37,086 nucleotides of DNA from a virus (IMGVR_UViG_3300046832_000575:1-37086); one strand, 5' to 3'. Positions 13,938-23,546 are shown, numbered from the stretch's first letter. Notes: generated from the sequence alone by a model not told the origin. Program-made: numbers and translations.

Positions 13938-15441
13938 CGCTGAAGATGAGATGTCGCTCATGGCGTCCCTGTGGACGCCCGCGCTCAAAAACGACCCGCT
14001 CAAATTCGTGCTTTATTTGTTCCCATGGGGGCAGAAGAACACGCCGCTGGAGAACTTCGCAGGCCCGCGCAAGTGGCAGCGCGAGGTGCTGAAGGAACTG
14101 GCTGACCACATCCGCGACAACGACGGCCGCATCGACTTCGAGACGCTGCGCATGGCGGTGTCATCCGGGCGCGGCATCGGCAAGTCGGCCCTCGTCAGTT
14201 GGCTGGTCATCTGGATGTTGACCACCCGCATCGGCAGCACCACCATCGTGTCGGCCAACAGCGAGACGCAGCTACGCGCCGTCACCTGGGCCGAGATCAC
14301 CAAGTGGCTGGCCTTGGCCCTCAACAGCCACTGGTTCGAGGTAAGCGCCACCCGCGTGATGCCCGCCAAGTGGCTCACCGAACTGGTCGAGCGCGACCTG
14401 AAGAAGGGCACGCGCTACTGGGGCGTCGAGGGCCGACTGTGGTCCGAGGAGAACCCGGACGCCTACGCGGGCGTGCATAACTTCGACGGCGTGATGCTGA
14501 TCTTCGACGAGGCCAGCGGCATCGCGGACCCGATATGGGCGGTGTCGGCGGGCTTCTTTACGGAGAACACGCCCAACCGCTTCTGGCTGGCCTTCTCGAA
14601 CCCCCGCCGTAACACCGGGTACTTCTACGAGGCGTTCAACGCCAAGCGGGACTTCTGGCGCAACAAGGTGGTCGACGCCCGGTCGGTCGAAGGAACGGAC
14701 AAGGCAGTCTATGAGCAGATCATCCAGGAGTACGGTCCTGACAGCGTTCAGGCGCACGTCGAGGTCTACGGTGAGTTTCCCAGTGCTGGAGATGACCAGT
14801 TCATCCCCGTTTATCTCGTTGACGACGCCTTCGCGCGACCGCGCTACAAGGACGCTACCGCCCCTATCATCATCGGCGTCGATCCGGCCCGGTTCGGGGC
14901 GGACGCGACGGTCATCGCCGTCCGGCAGGGACGCGACCTGAACGCCATCAAGCGCTACAGGGGCGACGACACGATGGAGATCGTCGGCCGCGTGATCGAG
15001 GCCATCGAGGAGTACAACCCAGCACTCGTCGTGATCGACGAGGGGGGCTTGGGCGCCGGCGTCGTGGACCGCCTGAAGGAGCAGCGCTACAAGATCAAGG
15101 GCGTCAACTTCGGGAACAAGTCAGTGAAGCCCATCATGTACGGCAACAAGCGGGCCGAGATGTGGGGCCTCATGCGCGAGTGGCTGAAGACGGCGTCGAT
15201 ACCGGCGGACAAGCTGCTGAAGTCCGACCTGACGTCGCCCAAGATCAAGCCGGACAGCAAGGGCACGATCTTCCTGGAGGGCAAGAAGGAGATGAAGGCG
15301 CGCGGGCTTGCGAGCCCCGACGCTGCCGACGCCATCGCGGTGACCTTCGCGTACCCCGTCGGCAGCCGCACCCCCGTTGACAAGATACAGAGGCGGTCGT
15401 ATGGTAGGTCTGGAGTTTCAACTTCTTGGCTAGGATCGTAG
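13918..15441 (+). CDS. terL: Terminase large subunit
   Basis: Walker A SGRGIGKS, Walker B LIFDEASG, coupling motif FSNP, nuclease IGVDPARFGAD...D and SPDAADA. Confidence 0.95.
   Translation: MQTPQYNAEDEMSLMASLWTPALKNDPLKFVLYLFPWGQKNTPLENFAGPRKWQREVLKELADHIRDNDGRIDFETLRMAVSSGRGIGKSALVSWLVIWMLTTRIGSTTIVSANSETQLRAVTWAEITKWLALALNSHWFEVSATRVMPAKWLTELVERDLKKGTRYWGVEGRLWSEENPDAYAGVHNFDGVMLIFDEASGIADPIWAVSAGFFTENTPNRFWLAFSNPRRNTGYFYEAFNAKRDFWRNKVVDARSVEGTDKAVYEQIIQEYGPDSVQAHVEVYGEFPSAGDDQFIPVYLVDDAFARPRYKDATAPIIIGVDPARFGADATVIAVRQGRDLNAIKRYRGDDTMEIVGRVIEAIEEYNPALVVIDEGGLGAGVVDRLKEQRYKIKGVNFGNKSVKPIMYGNKRAEMWGLMREWLKTASIPADKLLKSDLTSPKIKPDSKGTIFLEGKKEMKARGLASPDAADAIAVTFAYPVGSRTPVDKIQRRSYGRSGVSTSWLGS
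15377..15405 (+). promoter_or_regulatory. Internal promoter at the terL 3' end
   Basis: TTGACA-17-TATGGT. Confidence 0.6.
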
Positions 15442-15444
15442 CAC

Positions 15445-15873
15445 ATGGGCAATACTAAATCTATTGGCGTGGCGTATTCAGATCAGGACATTTCAGGGGC
15501 TGACACCCTTTCCGCCGTAGACATCTACGCCACCGACGAGATCGGTTACTCGGCCGATGCGCAGGGCACTGTCACGCAGTTGACGGACAAGTCCACGGGC
15601 GTGACGCTGAACAAGTCGGCGGGCCAGATTACCATGAACAACGCCGCACTTGGGGCCACCACCAACGTAGCGTTCGTGCTGACGAACAGCACGATCAGCG
15701 CCAAGGACGTGGTAATCGTCAACGTGGCAGGCGGCACAGCGGCGACTACATCCTACAACTGTTGGGTTTCCGGTCATGCAGCTGGGTCTGCTACCATCGT
15801 GCTGCGCAACATCACGGCCGGCTCTCTGTCCGAAGCCGTTGTGCTGAACTTCGCCATCATCCATTGCGCGTAA
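15445..15873 (+). CDS. Virion-associated beta-rich protein
   Basis: GTVTQLTDKSTGVTLNK domain, paralogous to the C-terminus of 27610..28488. Confidence 0.65.
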   Translation: MGNTKSIGVAYSDQDISGADTLSAVDIYATDEIGYSADAQGTVTQLTDKSTGVTLNKSAGQITMNNAALGATTNVAFVLTNSTISAKDVVIVNVAGGTAATTSYNCWVSGHAAGSATIVLRNITAGSLSEAVVLNFAIIHCA

Positions 15874-15874
15874 C

Positions 15875-16123
15875 ATGGTCAACTTGTCCGTCAAGCGTGG
15901 CGAAAAGCTACCTGTCGGCAAGGGTGCGGGCCTGACTGCCAAAGGTCGGGCCAAAGTTAACCGCGCAACGGGCAGCAAGTTGAAGGCTCCGGCGCCCAAC
16001 CCGCGCACTGAGGCCGACAAGGGCCGCAAGGCCAGCTTCTGCGCCCGCATGGGCGGTGTTGTGGCCAAGTCCAAGAACGCCGAGCGGGCCAAGGCGTCGA
16101 TGCGAAGGTGGAAGTGCGGATGA
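15875..16123 (+). CDS. Small basic protein (82 aa)
   Basis: GAGLTAKGRAK.NR.TGS.LKAP...RKASFCARM motif, which I recall from phage proteins of the DUF6321 type. Confidence 0.75.
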   Translation: MVNLSVKRGEKLPVGKGAGLTAKGRAKVNRATGSKLKAPAPNPRTEADKGRKASFCARMGGVVAKSKNAERAKASMRRWKCG

Positions 16124-16263
16124 AAACGGGCCTCTACGCCAACATTCACGCCAAGAAGGCCCGCATCGCTGCCGGATCGGGCGAAAAGATGCGCAAACCG
16201 GGCACCAAAGGCGCTCCGACCGCTGCGGCCTTCCGCAAGTCAGCCAAAACACGGAAAAAGTGA
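16120..16263 (+). CDS. Small basic protein (47 aa)
   Basis: MKTGLYANIHAKKARIAAGSGEKMRKPGTKGAPTAAAFRKSAKTRKK; ATGA overlap; not in the track. Confidence 0.75.
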   Translation: MKTGLYANIHAKKARIAAGSGEKMRKPGTKGAPTAAAFRKSAKTRKK

Positions 16264-16630
16264 CATGCCCCCTAAAGGAACATCTAAATCGCCTTCTGCG
16301 CCGTCAACCACACGGGTATCAACAGTCTATAAAACGATTGCCCCTAAAGGCAAAGGTTATGGATCCCAAAAAATTACCGCGCAGCAGTACACACGCACAC
16401 CGAAGGATGGCAGCGCCAAGGCCGGCGTAATTTGGGACGCTTTGCAGACTGCGTCTGCAATGCCCAAAGGCCTTAAGCGTCAAAAGGCCGTAAATATGCT
16501 GGTCCGCGCGTATGGCGCCGAACAAGAAATTGCAGATAAAGCGAACAAAAAGGCAGAAAAAGCATATTTTAAGGCGCTAAATGAGCGGTTAATTAAGACC
16601 CATAACCGCGACCGGAAAAAGTGACATGCC
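16252..16630 (+). repeat. 18-bp direct repeat flanking a gene cassette
   Basis: cggaaaaagtgacatgcc at 16252-16269 and 16613-16630. Confidence 0.9.
16265..16624 (+). CDS. Basic protein (119 aa), inserted cassette
   Basis: K-rich ORF with AT-rich codons, lying exactly between the 18-bp repeats. Confidence 0.7.
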   Translation: MPPKGTSKSPSAPSTTRVSTVYKTIAPKGKGYGSQKITAQQYTRTPKDGSAKAGVIWDALQTASAMPKGLKRQKAVNMLVRAYGAEQEIADKANKKAEKAYFKALNERLIKTHNRDRKK

Positions 16631-16760
16631 GCTGGTAAAATCAGCCTCAAAAGGGGCATTTCGGGCCAATTTGAAGGCCGAAATTGCAGCTAAACGCCCG
16701 CTAAAACAAGCCGTTGCAATCGCCTATTCAGTCCAACGTAAAGCTAAAAAGGGTAAATAG
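16626..16760 (+). CDS. Small basic protein (44 aa)
   Basis: MPLVKSASKGAFRANLKAEIAAKRPLKQAVAIAYSVQRKAKKGK; not in the track. Confidence 0.75.
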   Translation: MPLVKSASKGAFRANLKAEIAAKRPLKQAVAIAYSVQRKAKKGK

Positions 16761-16761
16761 A

Positions 16762-17076
16762 ATGGCCCCGCGCCTTGGCGGCGAACTGCCGCCCTACACC
16801 ACGACCGGCACCCCAAAGCCCAAGAAGCCCCGCAAGGCTATGGCCACCATCGTCCAGCGCGCGATCAGCAACAGGTCCACTGGCACGCCCGGCACAAGTA
16901 AGTTCGTGCAGCGGTCACCGCGCGTCAGCACCGGCACACCGGGCACAAGTAAGTTCGTGCAGCGCATGCCGGGTGGTGCTCACCAGCGCAAGCCGAGCGC
17001 CGCTGGCGTTGGCATGGGACGTGTCATGAACACCCTCCGTGCCAAACTCACCGCACCGCGCAAGCCGGCCAAGTAA
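16762..17076 (+). CDS. Basic low-complexity protein (104 aa) with internal duplication
   Basis: STGTPGTSKFVQR occurs twice; 23-bp exact repeat at 16891-16913 and 16942-16964. Confidence 0.65.
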   Translation: MAPRLGGELPPYTTTGTPKPKKPRKAMATIVQRAISNRSTGTPGTSKFVQRSPRVSTGTPGTSKFVQRMPGGAHQRKPSAAGVGMGRVMNTLRAKLTAPRKPAK

Positions 17077-17088
17077 AGGACCACGACA

Positions 17089-17688
17089 ATGGCTAAGGAT
17101 AAGTCTACTTCAGGACGCGGCATGATGTCGATGCCGGGCACGGCTACGAAAGTTCGGGCCGACCGCTACCGGACAAGCTACGCGCCGGGCGATTATGCAA
17201 AATCTCGTCAGCCTGCCGCTAAGCCCGGCATGATCTCGCTTCCTGGTACGGCTATGAAAGTGCTTGGGCAGAAGTTCTCAACCAAATACACCCCCGGATC
17301 TTACGCCACTTACCGCAAGGGGCTGGCCGCCAAGAAGCCCGCGACGGTCGTCAGCAATGTGACCAGCGAGAAGCTGTCGCCGACCCCGGCTAAAGCCAAG
17401 GCGCCCGCCACCAAGGCCGTAAGCATGCGCACGGGCGACACGACGGGCGTCACCACCGGCAAGACGACGGGCACCGTGTCCCGCACGCCGGGCATGGCGT
17501 CCAAGACCAAGCAGTCGGCCTACGGCCGCCAGATGGCTAACGCTGCTCGCAACCAGCCCGCAGGCCCTATGGGCGGCGGCAGGGGTGGTAGCATGGGCGG
17601 CGGCACTGGCCCCAGCCGTTCAGGCGGCGGCGGTAACTTGGGCGGCGCCCGTGGTCGTATTAGTGAACCAGGCGGTTCAAAGAGGTAA
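17089..17688 (+). CDS. Basic, Gly/Thr-rich disordered protein (199 aa)
   Basis: AAGGA RBS; two GM.S.PGTA.KV...Y.PG.YA repeats; Gly/Arg-rich tail. Confidence 0.7.
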   Translation: MAKDKSTSGRGMMSMPGTATKVRADRYRTSYAPGDYAKSRQPAAKPGMISLPGTAMKVLGQKFSTKYTPGSYATYRKGLAAKKPATVVSNVTSEKLSPTPAKAKAPATKAVSMRTGDTTGVTTGKTTGTVSRTPGMASKTKQSAYGRQMANAARNQPAGPMGGGRGGSMGGGTGPSRSGGGGNLGGARGRISEPGGSKR

Positions 17689-17693
17689 GTATA

Positions 17694-19838
17694 TTGGCTG
17701 ACGACGGCATCATCGGCGCGGCGCAGGTCGCCAACGGCGGGTCGGACAAGTCCGATCTGCTCGCCACCATGCGCTCGCGTTTCACGATGGCGCTTGCTGC
17801 CTACAGCGAAAGCCGCGAGGATGAACTGGATGACCTCCGGTTCATGGCGGGTTCGCCTGACAACCAGTGGCAGTGGCCGGCCGACGTGCTGGCGACGCGC
17901 GGGTCCGTGCAGGGGCAGACGATTAACGCGCGGCCCTGCCTGACCATCAACAAGCTGCCGCAGCACGTCCGGCAGGTGACCAACGAGCAGCGCCAGAACA
18001 GGCCGTCGCCCAAGGTCATCCCGGCCGATGACAACGCCGACGTGGCGGTGGCCGAGGTGTTCGACGGCATCATCCGGCACATCGAGTACATGTCCGACGC
18101 CGACGTGGCCTACGACACCGCCTGCGACAACCAGGTGGTCTACGGCGAGGGCTACATCCGCATCCTTACGGAGTACACCCGCGACGACAGCTTCGACCAA
18201 GACCTGAAGATCGGACGCATCCGTAACTCCTTCAGCGTCTACATGGACCCAACGATCCAAGACCCATGCGGGTCCGACGCCAAGTGGTGCTTCATCACCG
18301 AAGACCTGCTGAAGGCCGAGTACGAGCGCCAGTTCCCCGACGCCCAGCCGATCAGTTCGATCCTGGCGCGCGGCATCGGTGATCAGGCACTCAGCATGTG
18401 GCTGAGTGAGAACACCATCCGCATTGCGGAGTATTTCTACGTCGATTACGTGCCGTCCACCCTGAACCTGTACCCCGGCAACATCACGATGTTCGACGGC
18501 ACGCCGCAGGACGCCAAGCTGCGCGCCATGTTCGGCCAGCCGTTGCGCTCGCGCAAGGCCGACCGCAAGCGGGTGATGTGGCTCAAGACCAACGGCTACG
18601 AGGTGCTGGAAGAGCGCGAGTGGGCGGGCAAGTGGATCCCGGTCGTGCGCGTCGTCGGCAATGAGTTCGAGGTCGATGGCCGCATGTTCGTGTCGGGCCT
18701 TGTGCGCAACGCCAAGGACGCCCAGCGCATGTATAACTACTGGGTCAGCCAGGAAGCCGAGATGCTGGCTCTGGCGCCCAAGGCCCCCTTCATTGGCTAT
18801 GGCGGCCAGTTTGAAGGCTACGAGATGCAGTGGAAGACCGCCAATACGACCAACTGGCCGTATCTGGAGGTCAACCCGGACGTTCAGGACGGTGCCGGCA
18901 ACGTGCTGCCGCTGCCCATGCGCGCCCAGCCGCCGATGGCCCAGACGGGCCTCATTCAGGCCAAGATGGGCGCCGCTGAGGACATCAAGGCCACCACTGG
19001 CCAGTACAACGCCTCGCTGGGCCAGCAGGGCAACGAACGCTCTGGCCGCGCCATCCTCGCGCGCCAGCAGGAGGGCGACACAGGCACGTACCACTTCGTC
19101 GATAATCTGGGCCGGGCTATCCGCTACGTGGCCCGCCAGTTGGTCGATATGATCCCCAAGATCTACGACACCCAGCGCGTCGCCCGTATCATCGGCTTGG
19201 ACGGCGAGGTGGGCATGGCGCGGATCAACCCGATGCAGGCCGAGCCGGTCAAGAAGATCGTCGATCAGGCGGGCACGGTTCTGGAGAAGATTTACAATCC
19301 GTCGGTTGGCGTCTACGACGTGGTGATCACCACCGGGCCCAGCTACCTGACCAAGCGCCAGGAAGCCGTCGAGGCGATGGCCAACATCCTCCAGACCAGC
19401 CCGCAGTTGTGGCAGGTCGCAGGCGACCTGTTCATCAAGAACATGGATTGGCCGGGTGCGCAGGAGATGGCGGCCCGCTTCAAGAAGATCATCGACCCGA
19501 AGGTGCTGGCCGAGGACGACAAGTCGCCCGAATTGCAGGCGGCCGAACAGCAGGTCGAGGCGGTGTCGCAGCAGCTTGAGCAGGCGATGGGCCTCCTCAA
19601 CAACGTGCAGTCGTCGATGGACGCGCAGGAACTGCGGATCAAGGCGTACGAAGCTGAGACCAAGCGTATTGCGGCCACGTCGGCCGGCATGTCCACCGAG
19701 CAGATCCAGGACATCGTCATGGGCACCATCGCTGCGGCGGTCGAGACGGGCGACATCTCTGGCAGCCGCCCGATGATGCCGCAGATGGATGAACAGCGTG
19801 GCGTCATGCAGGAAGAACAGATGGGACCAATGGAATGA
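17694..19838 (+). CDS. P22-like portal protein
   Basis: 714 aa; QW, RPCLTINKLPQHVRQV.NEQRQNR, GLVRNAKDAQRMYNYW, SG.AI.ARQ, YDT.R motifs. Confidence 0.93.
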   Translation: MADDGIIGAAQVANGGSDKSDLLATMRSRFTMALAAYSESREDELDDLRFMAGSPDNQWQWPADVLATRGSVQGQTINARPCLTINKLPQHVRQVTNEQRQNRPSPKVIPADDNADVAVAEVFDGIIRHIEYMSDADVAYDTACDNQVVYGEGYIRILTEYTRDDSFDQDLKIGRIRNSFSVYMDPTIQDPCGSDAKWCFITEDLLKAEYERQFPDAQPISSILARGIGDQALSMWLSENTIRIAEYFYVDYVPSTLNLYPGNITMFDGTPQDAKLRAMFGQPLRSRKADRKRVMWLKTNGYEVLEEREWAGKWIPVVRVVGNEFEVDGRMFVSGLVRNAKDAQRMYNYWVSQEAEMLALAPKAPFIGYGGQFEGYEMQWKTANTTNWPYLEVNPDVQDGAGNVLPLPMRAQPPMAQTGLIQAKMGAAEDIKATTGQYNASLGQQGNERSGRAILARQQEGDTGTYHFVDNLGRAIRYVARQLVDMIPKIYDTQRVARIIGLDGEVGMARINPMQAEPVKKIVDQAGTVLEKIYNPSVGVYDVVITTGPSYLTKRQEAVEAMANILQTSPQLWQVAGDLFIKNMDWPGAQEMAARFKKIIDPKVLAEDDKSPELQAAEQQVEAVSQQLEQAMGLLNNVQSSMDAQELRIKAYEAETKRIAATSAGMSTEQIQDIVMGTIAAAVETGDISGSRPMMPQMDEQRGVMQEEQMGPME

Positions 19839-20200
19839 GTAACTGCGACAAGTTCATAGGCATGCTGTTTCTGGCCCGCGATGTGACGCACTCGGCGCAC
19901 CTCAACACGCGGTCTTTTGCCAAGCATCAGGCTCTCGGCGGGTTCTATGATGAAATCATCGATCTGGCGGACAAGTTTGCCGAGATGTATCAGGGCAAGT
20001 ACGGCCTGATCGGACCGATTGCGCTGATGTCGGCGGACAAGTCCAACAATGTCCTGACGTTTCTTGAGACGCAGGCAGAACAGATCGAGAAGACCCGGTA
20101 CGACGTGGTTGACCGGGAGTGTACGCCGCTTCAGAACGTCATCGACGAAATTGTCGGATTGTACTATACCACAATCTATAAGTTGAAGTTCCTCGCATAA
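19835..20200 (+). CDS. Ferritin/Dps-like four-helix protein (DUF5856-like)
   Basis: H.AHLNT.SFAKH.AL..FYD.I.DLADKFAE pattern. Confidence 0.6.
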   Translation: MSNCDKFIGMLFLARDVTHSAHLNTRSFAKHQALGGFYDEIIDLADKFAEMYQGKYGLIGPIALMSADKSNNVLTFLETQAEQIEKTRYDVVDRECTPLQNVIDEIVGLYYTTIYKLKFLA

Positions 20201-20210
20201 GGAAATCGTT

Positions 20211-20486
20211 ATGGGCTTGAAATCAACCACAAACTGTTTGGGTTACCAGCAAATCACCAGCTTGTCGGCATCCACCGCGCTCACTGTGCCTACCGGCGCG
20301 ACGCTAGCGCTGATCGTTGCGGAAACGCAGGCTGTGCGCTGGCGCGATGACGGCACGGCGCCGACGGCTTCTGTCGGTATGCCGCTGGCCACGGGCGTAT
20401 CGCTGTCTTACGACGGCGACCTGAAAGCCGTCCGGTTCATTCAGCAATCTGCTTCCGCAACGCTTAACGTGTCGTATTACGCATGA
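20211..20486 (+). CDS. Hypothetical virion protein (91 aa)
   Basis: VRWRDDGTAPTASVGMPL motif; AAGGA RBS. Confidence 0.7.
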   Translation: MGLKSTTNCLGYQQITSLSASTALTVPTGATLALIVAETQAVRWRDDGTAPTASVGMPLATGVSLSYDGDLKAVRFIQQSASATLNVSYYA

Positions 20487-22306
20487 TCCGTTCGCCTGCT
20501 GGCTTTGATGGCGGCGACCGCATCAAGCGGTATCTGGACTATTACCAGCCCAGCTACGGCGTGATGATGCTGTCGGCCGGTCAGTTTTCTCCTGCATCCT
20601 TATTTGCGGGCGGTGAGCAGGGCGCGTGGTACGACCCGTCTGACTTCAGCACGATGTTCCAAGAAAGCACTGGGGTAACACCTGTCACGGCGGTTGAGCA
20701 GCCTGTTGGCCTGATCCTCGACAAGAGCAAGGGTCTGGCGCTGGGCAGCGAGTTGGTCACGAATGGTGACTTCAGCAGCGGCACAACGGGGTGGACTGTT
20801 GGCCCAACATCAACTTTTTCAGTTATCGATGGGCAAATAAAAGTTATATCAACCTCAGCTGACGCGGCCTACTTTGGGCAACTTGTGTCTGTTGTGGCAG
20901 GCAAATCGTACAGAGTTGCCTTTACGACGATCTCGGACGGCACGTCAAAAATTGCACGGCTGTTTGTAGGCTCGTTTTGGTCTGGTACGGCAATTACGCC
21001 GAACTCTTTTGGTTCGCACACGGTCATTTGGGAAGCAACGACCAGTGGCAGCGTCGTGTTTTGGCCGTATGGGAGCGTTGGCGGGGTTGGGACATACATT
21101 CTATGCGACAACATCTCCGTCCGCGAACTCCCCGGCAACCACGCCTCTCAGTCCACCTCCGCCTCCCGCCCCGTGCTGAGTGCTAGGGTGAACCTGCTGA
21201 CGTATAGTGAGCAGTTCGATAATGCTGCTTGGACGAAGGGTAGCCTTGTCACCACGGGCATGGGCAATGTCACGGCGACCACTGATCCGCTGGGCGGTTA
21301 CACTGCCGACAAACTTCAAGAAACCGCAACGACCGCAGAGCATTATGTCTTACAAGGCGTTTCCGTAGCGGCGGCACAGCATACGTTTAGCGTATATCTA
21401 AAAGCTGCTGAACGTACATGGGCGACCATTTATTTTTCTACCGGATCAGCCACGCCAACATGGTTCAATCTTGCTGCTGATGGCAGCGGAGTGCCGGGTA
21501 CGGTTGCTTCTGGTTTTACAGCGGCATCAACATATGTCGGAAATGGTTGGTATCGCTGCTCTATTACGGGAACATCAACTGCGACAACTTGGTATGCGAT
21601 TGTAAACCCCTCGCTTGGAAATAACCTTTCTGTAAGCTACGCAGGGACGTTGAACTCTGGCATCTACATCTGGGGCGCAGACCTCCGCGTCACCAACGAT
21701 GGCGTAGGCATCCCCGCCTACCAGCGCGTTGCAGCCGCCACGGACTACGACACCAGTGGCTTCCCGCTGTACCTCAAGTTTGACGGCACGGATGACAGCC
21801 TTGCTACGGCGAGCGTGGACTTCAGCGCCACGGACAAGATGAGCGTGTTCGCGGGGGCAAGGAAGCTGAGTGATGCAGCGGCGGGGATTTTTGCAGAACT
21901 TAGCGCAACTGTTGCCACCAACGATGGCGCATTCTATTTTGCGTTGCCTGAAGACACAGGAGCAAGTGGTAACTATTCTTGGAAATCTAGAGGCAACGTG
22001 AACCCGTTAGTCCCAGTGAAATCTGGGACAATCCTTGCTCCAAACACAGCCGTCCTTACGGGCCTCGGAAACATATCTGGAGACGTAGCAACGCTCCGCG
22101 TCAATGGCACTCAAGCCGCCACCTCATCTGTTGACCAAGGCACAGGCAATTACGGCAACTATCCGCTCTACATTGGCCGCCGCAACAACGCTTCTCTCCC
22201 CTACAACGGACGCCTCTACTCGCTCATCGTTCGCGGCGCTCAGTCCACTGACGCACAGATCGCCTCGACTGAAGCGTGGGTCAACGGAAAGACAAAGGCA
22301 TATTGA
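20483..22306 (+). CDS. Putative head/tail fibre with carbohydrate-binding and LamG-like domains
   Basis: 607 aa, Thr/Ser/Gly-rich; GAWYDPSD, ELVTNGDFS, NLLTYSEQF..AAW, GNGWYRC, LKFDGTDD, LYIG.R motifs. Confidence 0.7.
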   Translation: MIRSPAGFDGGDRIKRYLDYYQPSYGVMMLSAGQFSPASLFAGGEQGAWYDPSDFSTMFQESTGVTPVTAVEQPVGLILDKSKGLALGSELVTNGDFSSGTTGWTVGPTSTFSVIDGQIKVISTSADAAYFGQLVSVVAGKSYRVAFTTISDGTSKIARLFVGSFWSGTAITPNSFGSHTVIWEATTSGSVVFWPYGSVGGVGTYILCDNISVRELPGNHASQSTSASRPVLSARVNLLTYSEQFDNAAWTKGSLVTTGMGNVTATTDPLGGYTADKLQETATTAEHYVLQGVSVAAAQHTFSVYLKAAERTWATIYFSTGSATPTWFNLAADGSGVPGTVASGFTAASTYVGNGWYRCSITGTSTATTWYAIVNPSLGNNLSVSYAGTLNSGIYIWGADLRVTNDGVGIPAYQRVAAATDYDTSGFPLYLKFDGTDDSLATASVDFSATDKMSVFAGARKLSDAAAGIFAELSATVATNDGAFYFALPEDTGASGNYSWKSRGNVNPLVPVKSGTILAPNTAVLTGLGNISGDVATLRVNGTQAATSSVDQGTGNYGNYPLYIGRRNNASLPYNGRLYSLIVRGAQSTDAQIASTEAWVNGKTKAY

Positions 22307-22710
22307 TGGCTGACATCTTTCGCTCGCTCATCATCGCCGCTGCTGGCGCACCGCTTGCCCGTACGATTGCCGCTGCGTTTGGGGGTGGCCCCGATATGTG
22401 GATTACGCCTCTGTCAGCATCCGGCAACGACCCTGCCACACATTACATCTCGACGGGCTATATCCCGCCAGAGTTCGCTTACATGGTGCCGTTCCAAGTT
22501 TGGGAACAAGTAGATGGCGTGTGGACCCTGATCTCATCCGAGCCAGGTGACCCCGTGGCCGTCTACAATGCGTGTGTTGAGGCGGAAATTCCCTGCACAC
22601 AAGCCGACATCGACGCCATCTACGCCACCGCTGACGTGACGGACCAAGACCCCTTTGTGGCCTTGGGCCGGCTGGGTTTGGCGATTGTGCAGCCGCCAAT
22701 TGACTTTTGA
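22306..22710 (+). CDS. Hypothetical protein (possible fibre chaperone)
   Basis: TGATG coupling; ATHY motif; follows the fibre gene. Confidence 0.6.
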   Translation: MADIFRSLIIAAAGAPLARTIAAAFGGGPDMWITPLSASGNDPATHYISTGYIPPEFAYMVPFQVWEQVDGVWTLISSEPGDPVAVYNACVEAEIPCTQADIDAIYATADVTDQDPFVALGRLGLAIVQPPIDF

Positions 22711-22727
22711 TAGGTAACATATACACT
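22700..22727 (+). promoter_or_regulatory. Putative promoter for scaffold/capsid
   Basis: TTGACT-16-TACACT in an AT-rich gap. Confidence 0.45.
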
Positions 22728-22778
22728 TACTGTTTAACCCCTACTGGCAGGGCACGCCAGGAACCGAAAGGTGACTAG

Positions 22779-23546
22779 ATGAACGAGAACGAACTAGCGG
22801 GTGCGCCCGCGCCGGAACAGGCCCCCACGGCTGAACCTGTTGCCGTTACAGATACACCGCCGGAACCGACGCCAACGGAAGCATCCAAGACCTTCACTCA
22901 GGAAGAACTGGACGCAATCGTCGGCAAACGTCTCGCAAGAGAACAACGGAAATGGGAGCGCGAGCAGGCGCAGAAAGCCAAGTCCCAGCCCGTTCCGACG
23001 GAACCGCTGAAAGCTGACGACTTCGCAGATGCACCATCCTACGCCGACGCCCTTGCCGAACGCAAAGCCCAGGAACTCTTGGCGAAGCGCGACGCAGAGG
23101 CTGAACGCCAGGCTACGCTTGATGCCTATCACGACCGTGAAGAGGAAGCGCGGAACAAGTACGACGACTTTGAACAGGTCGCGTACAACCCCAAGCTACC
23201 CGTCACGGAAACGATGGCGCAGACCATTCAGGCTTCGGATAACGGTCCCGATGTAATCTATTACCTCGGTTCCAACCCCAAGGAAGCCGAACGGATTGCG
23301 CGCCTATCACCGCTCTTGCAGGCACGGGAAATCGGAAAGATTGAGGCCAATCTTGGCTCCAATCCACCGGCCAAGAAAACTTCCACCGCCCCGGCGCCAA
23401 TTGCTCCGGTCACGGCCCGCACCTCTGGTGCGCCTGCATACGACACCACCGACCCACGGTCTGTAAAGGCCATGTCAACGTCGGATTGGATCGAAGCGGA
23501 ACGGCTGCGCCAGATCAAGAAGTACGAGGCTCAACGTCGTAAATAA
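22779..23546 (+). CDS. Capsid scaffolding protein
   Basis: Pro/Glu-rich N-terminus, KTFTQEELDAIVGKRLARE, coiled coil; directly upstream of the capsid gene. Confidence 0.8.
   Translation: MNENELAGAPAPEQAPTAEPVAVTDTPPEPTPTEASKTFTQEELDAIVGKRLAREQRKWEREQAQKAKSQPVPTEPLKADDFADAPSYADALAERKAQELLAKRDAEAERQATLDAYHDREEEARNKYDDFEQVAYNPKLPVTETMAQTIQASDNGPDVIYYLGSNPKEAERIARLSPLLQAREIGKIEANLGSNPPAKKTSTAPAPIAPVTARTSGAPAYDTTDPRSVKAMSTSDWIEAERLRQIKKYEAQRRK

Noticed and set aside
17520-19094. Long antisense ORFs (also 116..835, 2054..3034, 7237..8556, 24372..25382, 29369..30439)
   Set aside because: Shadow frames of high-GC3 genes on the opposite strand; no motifs or RBS.
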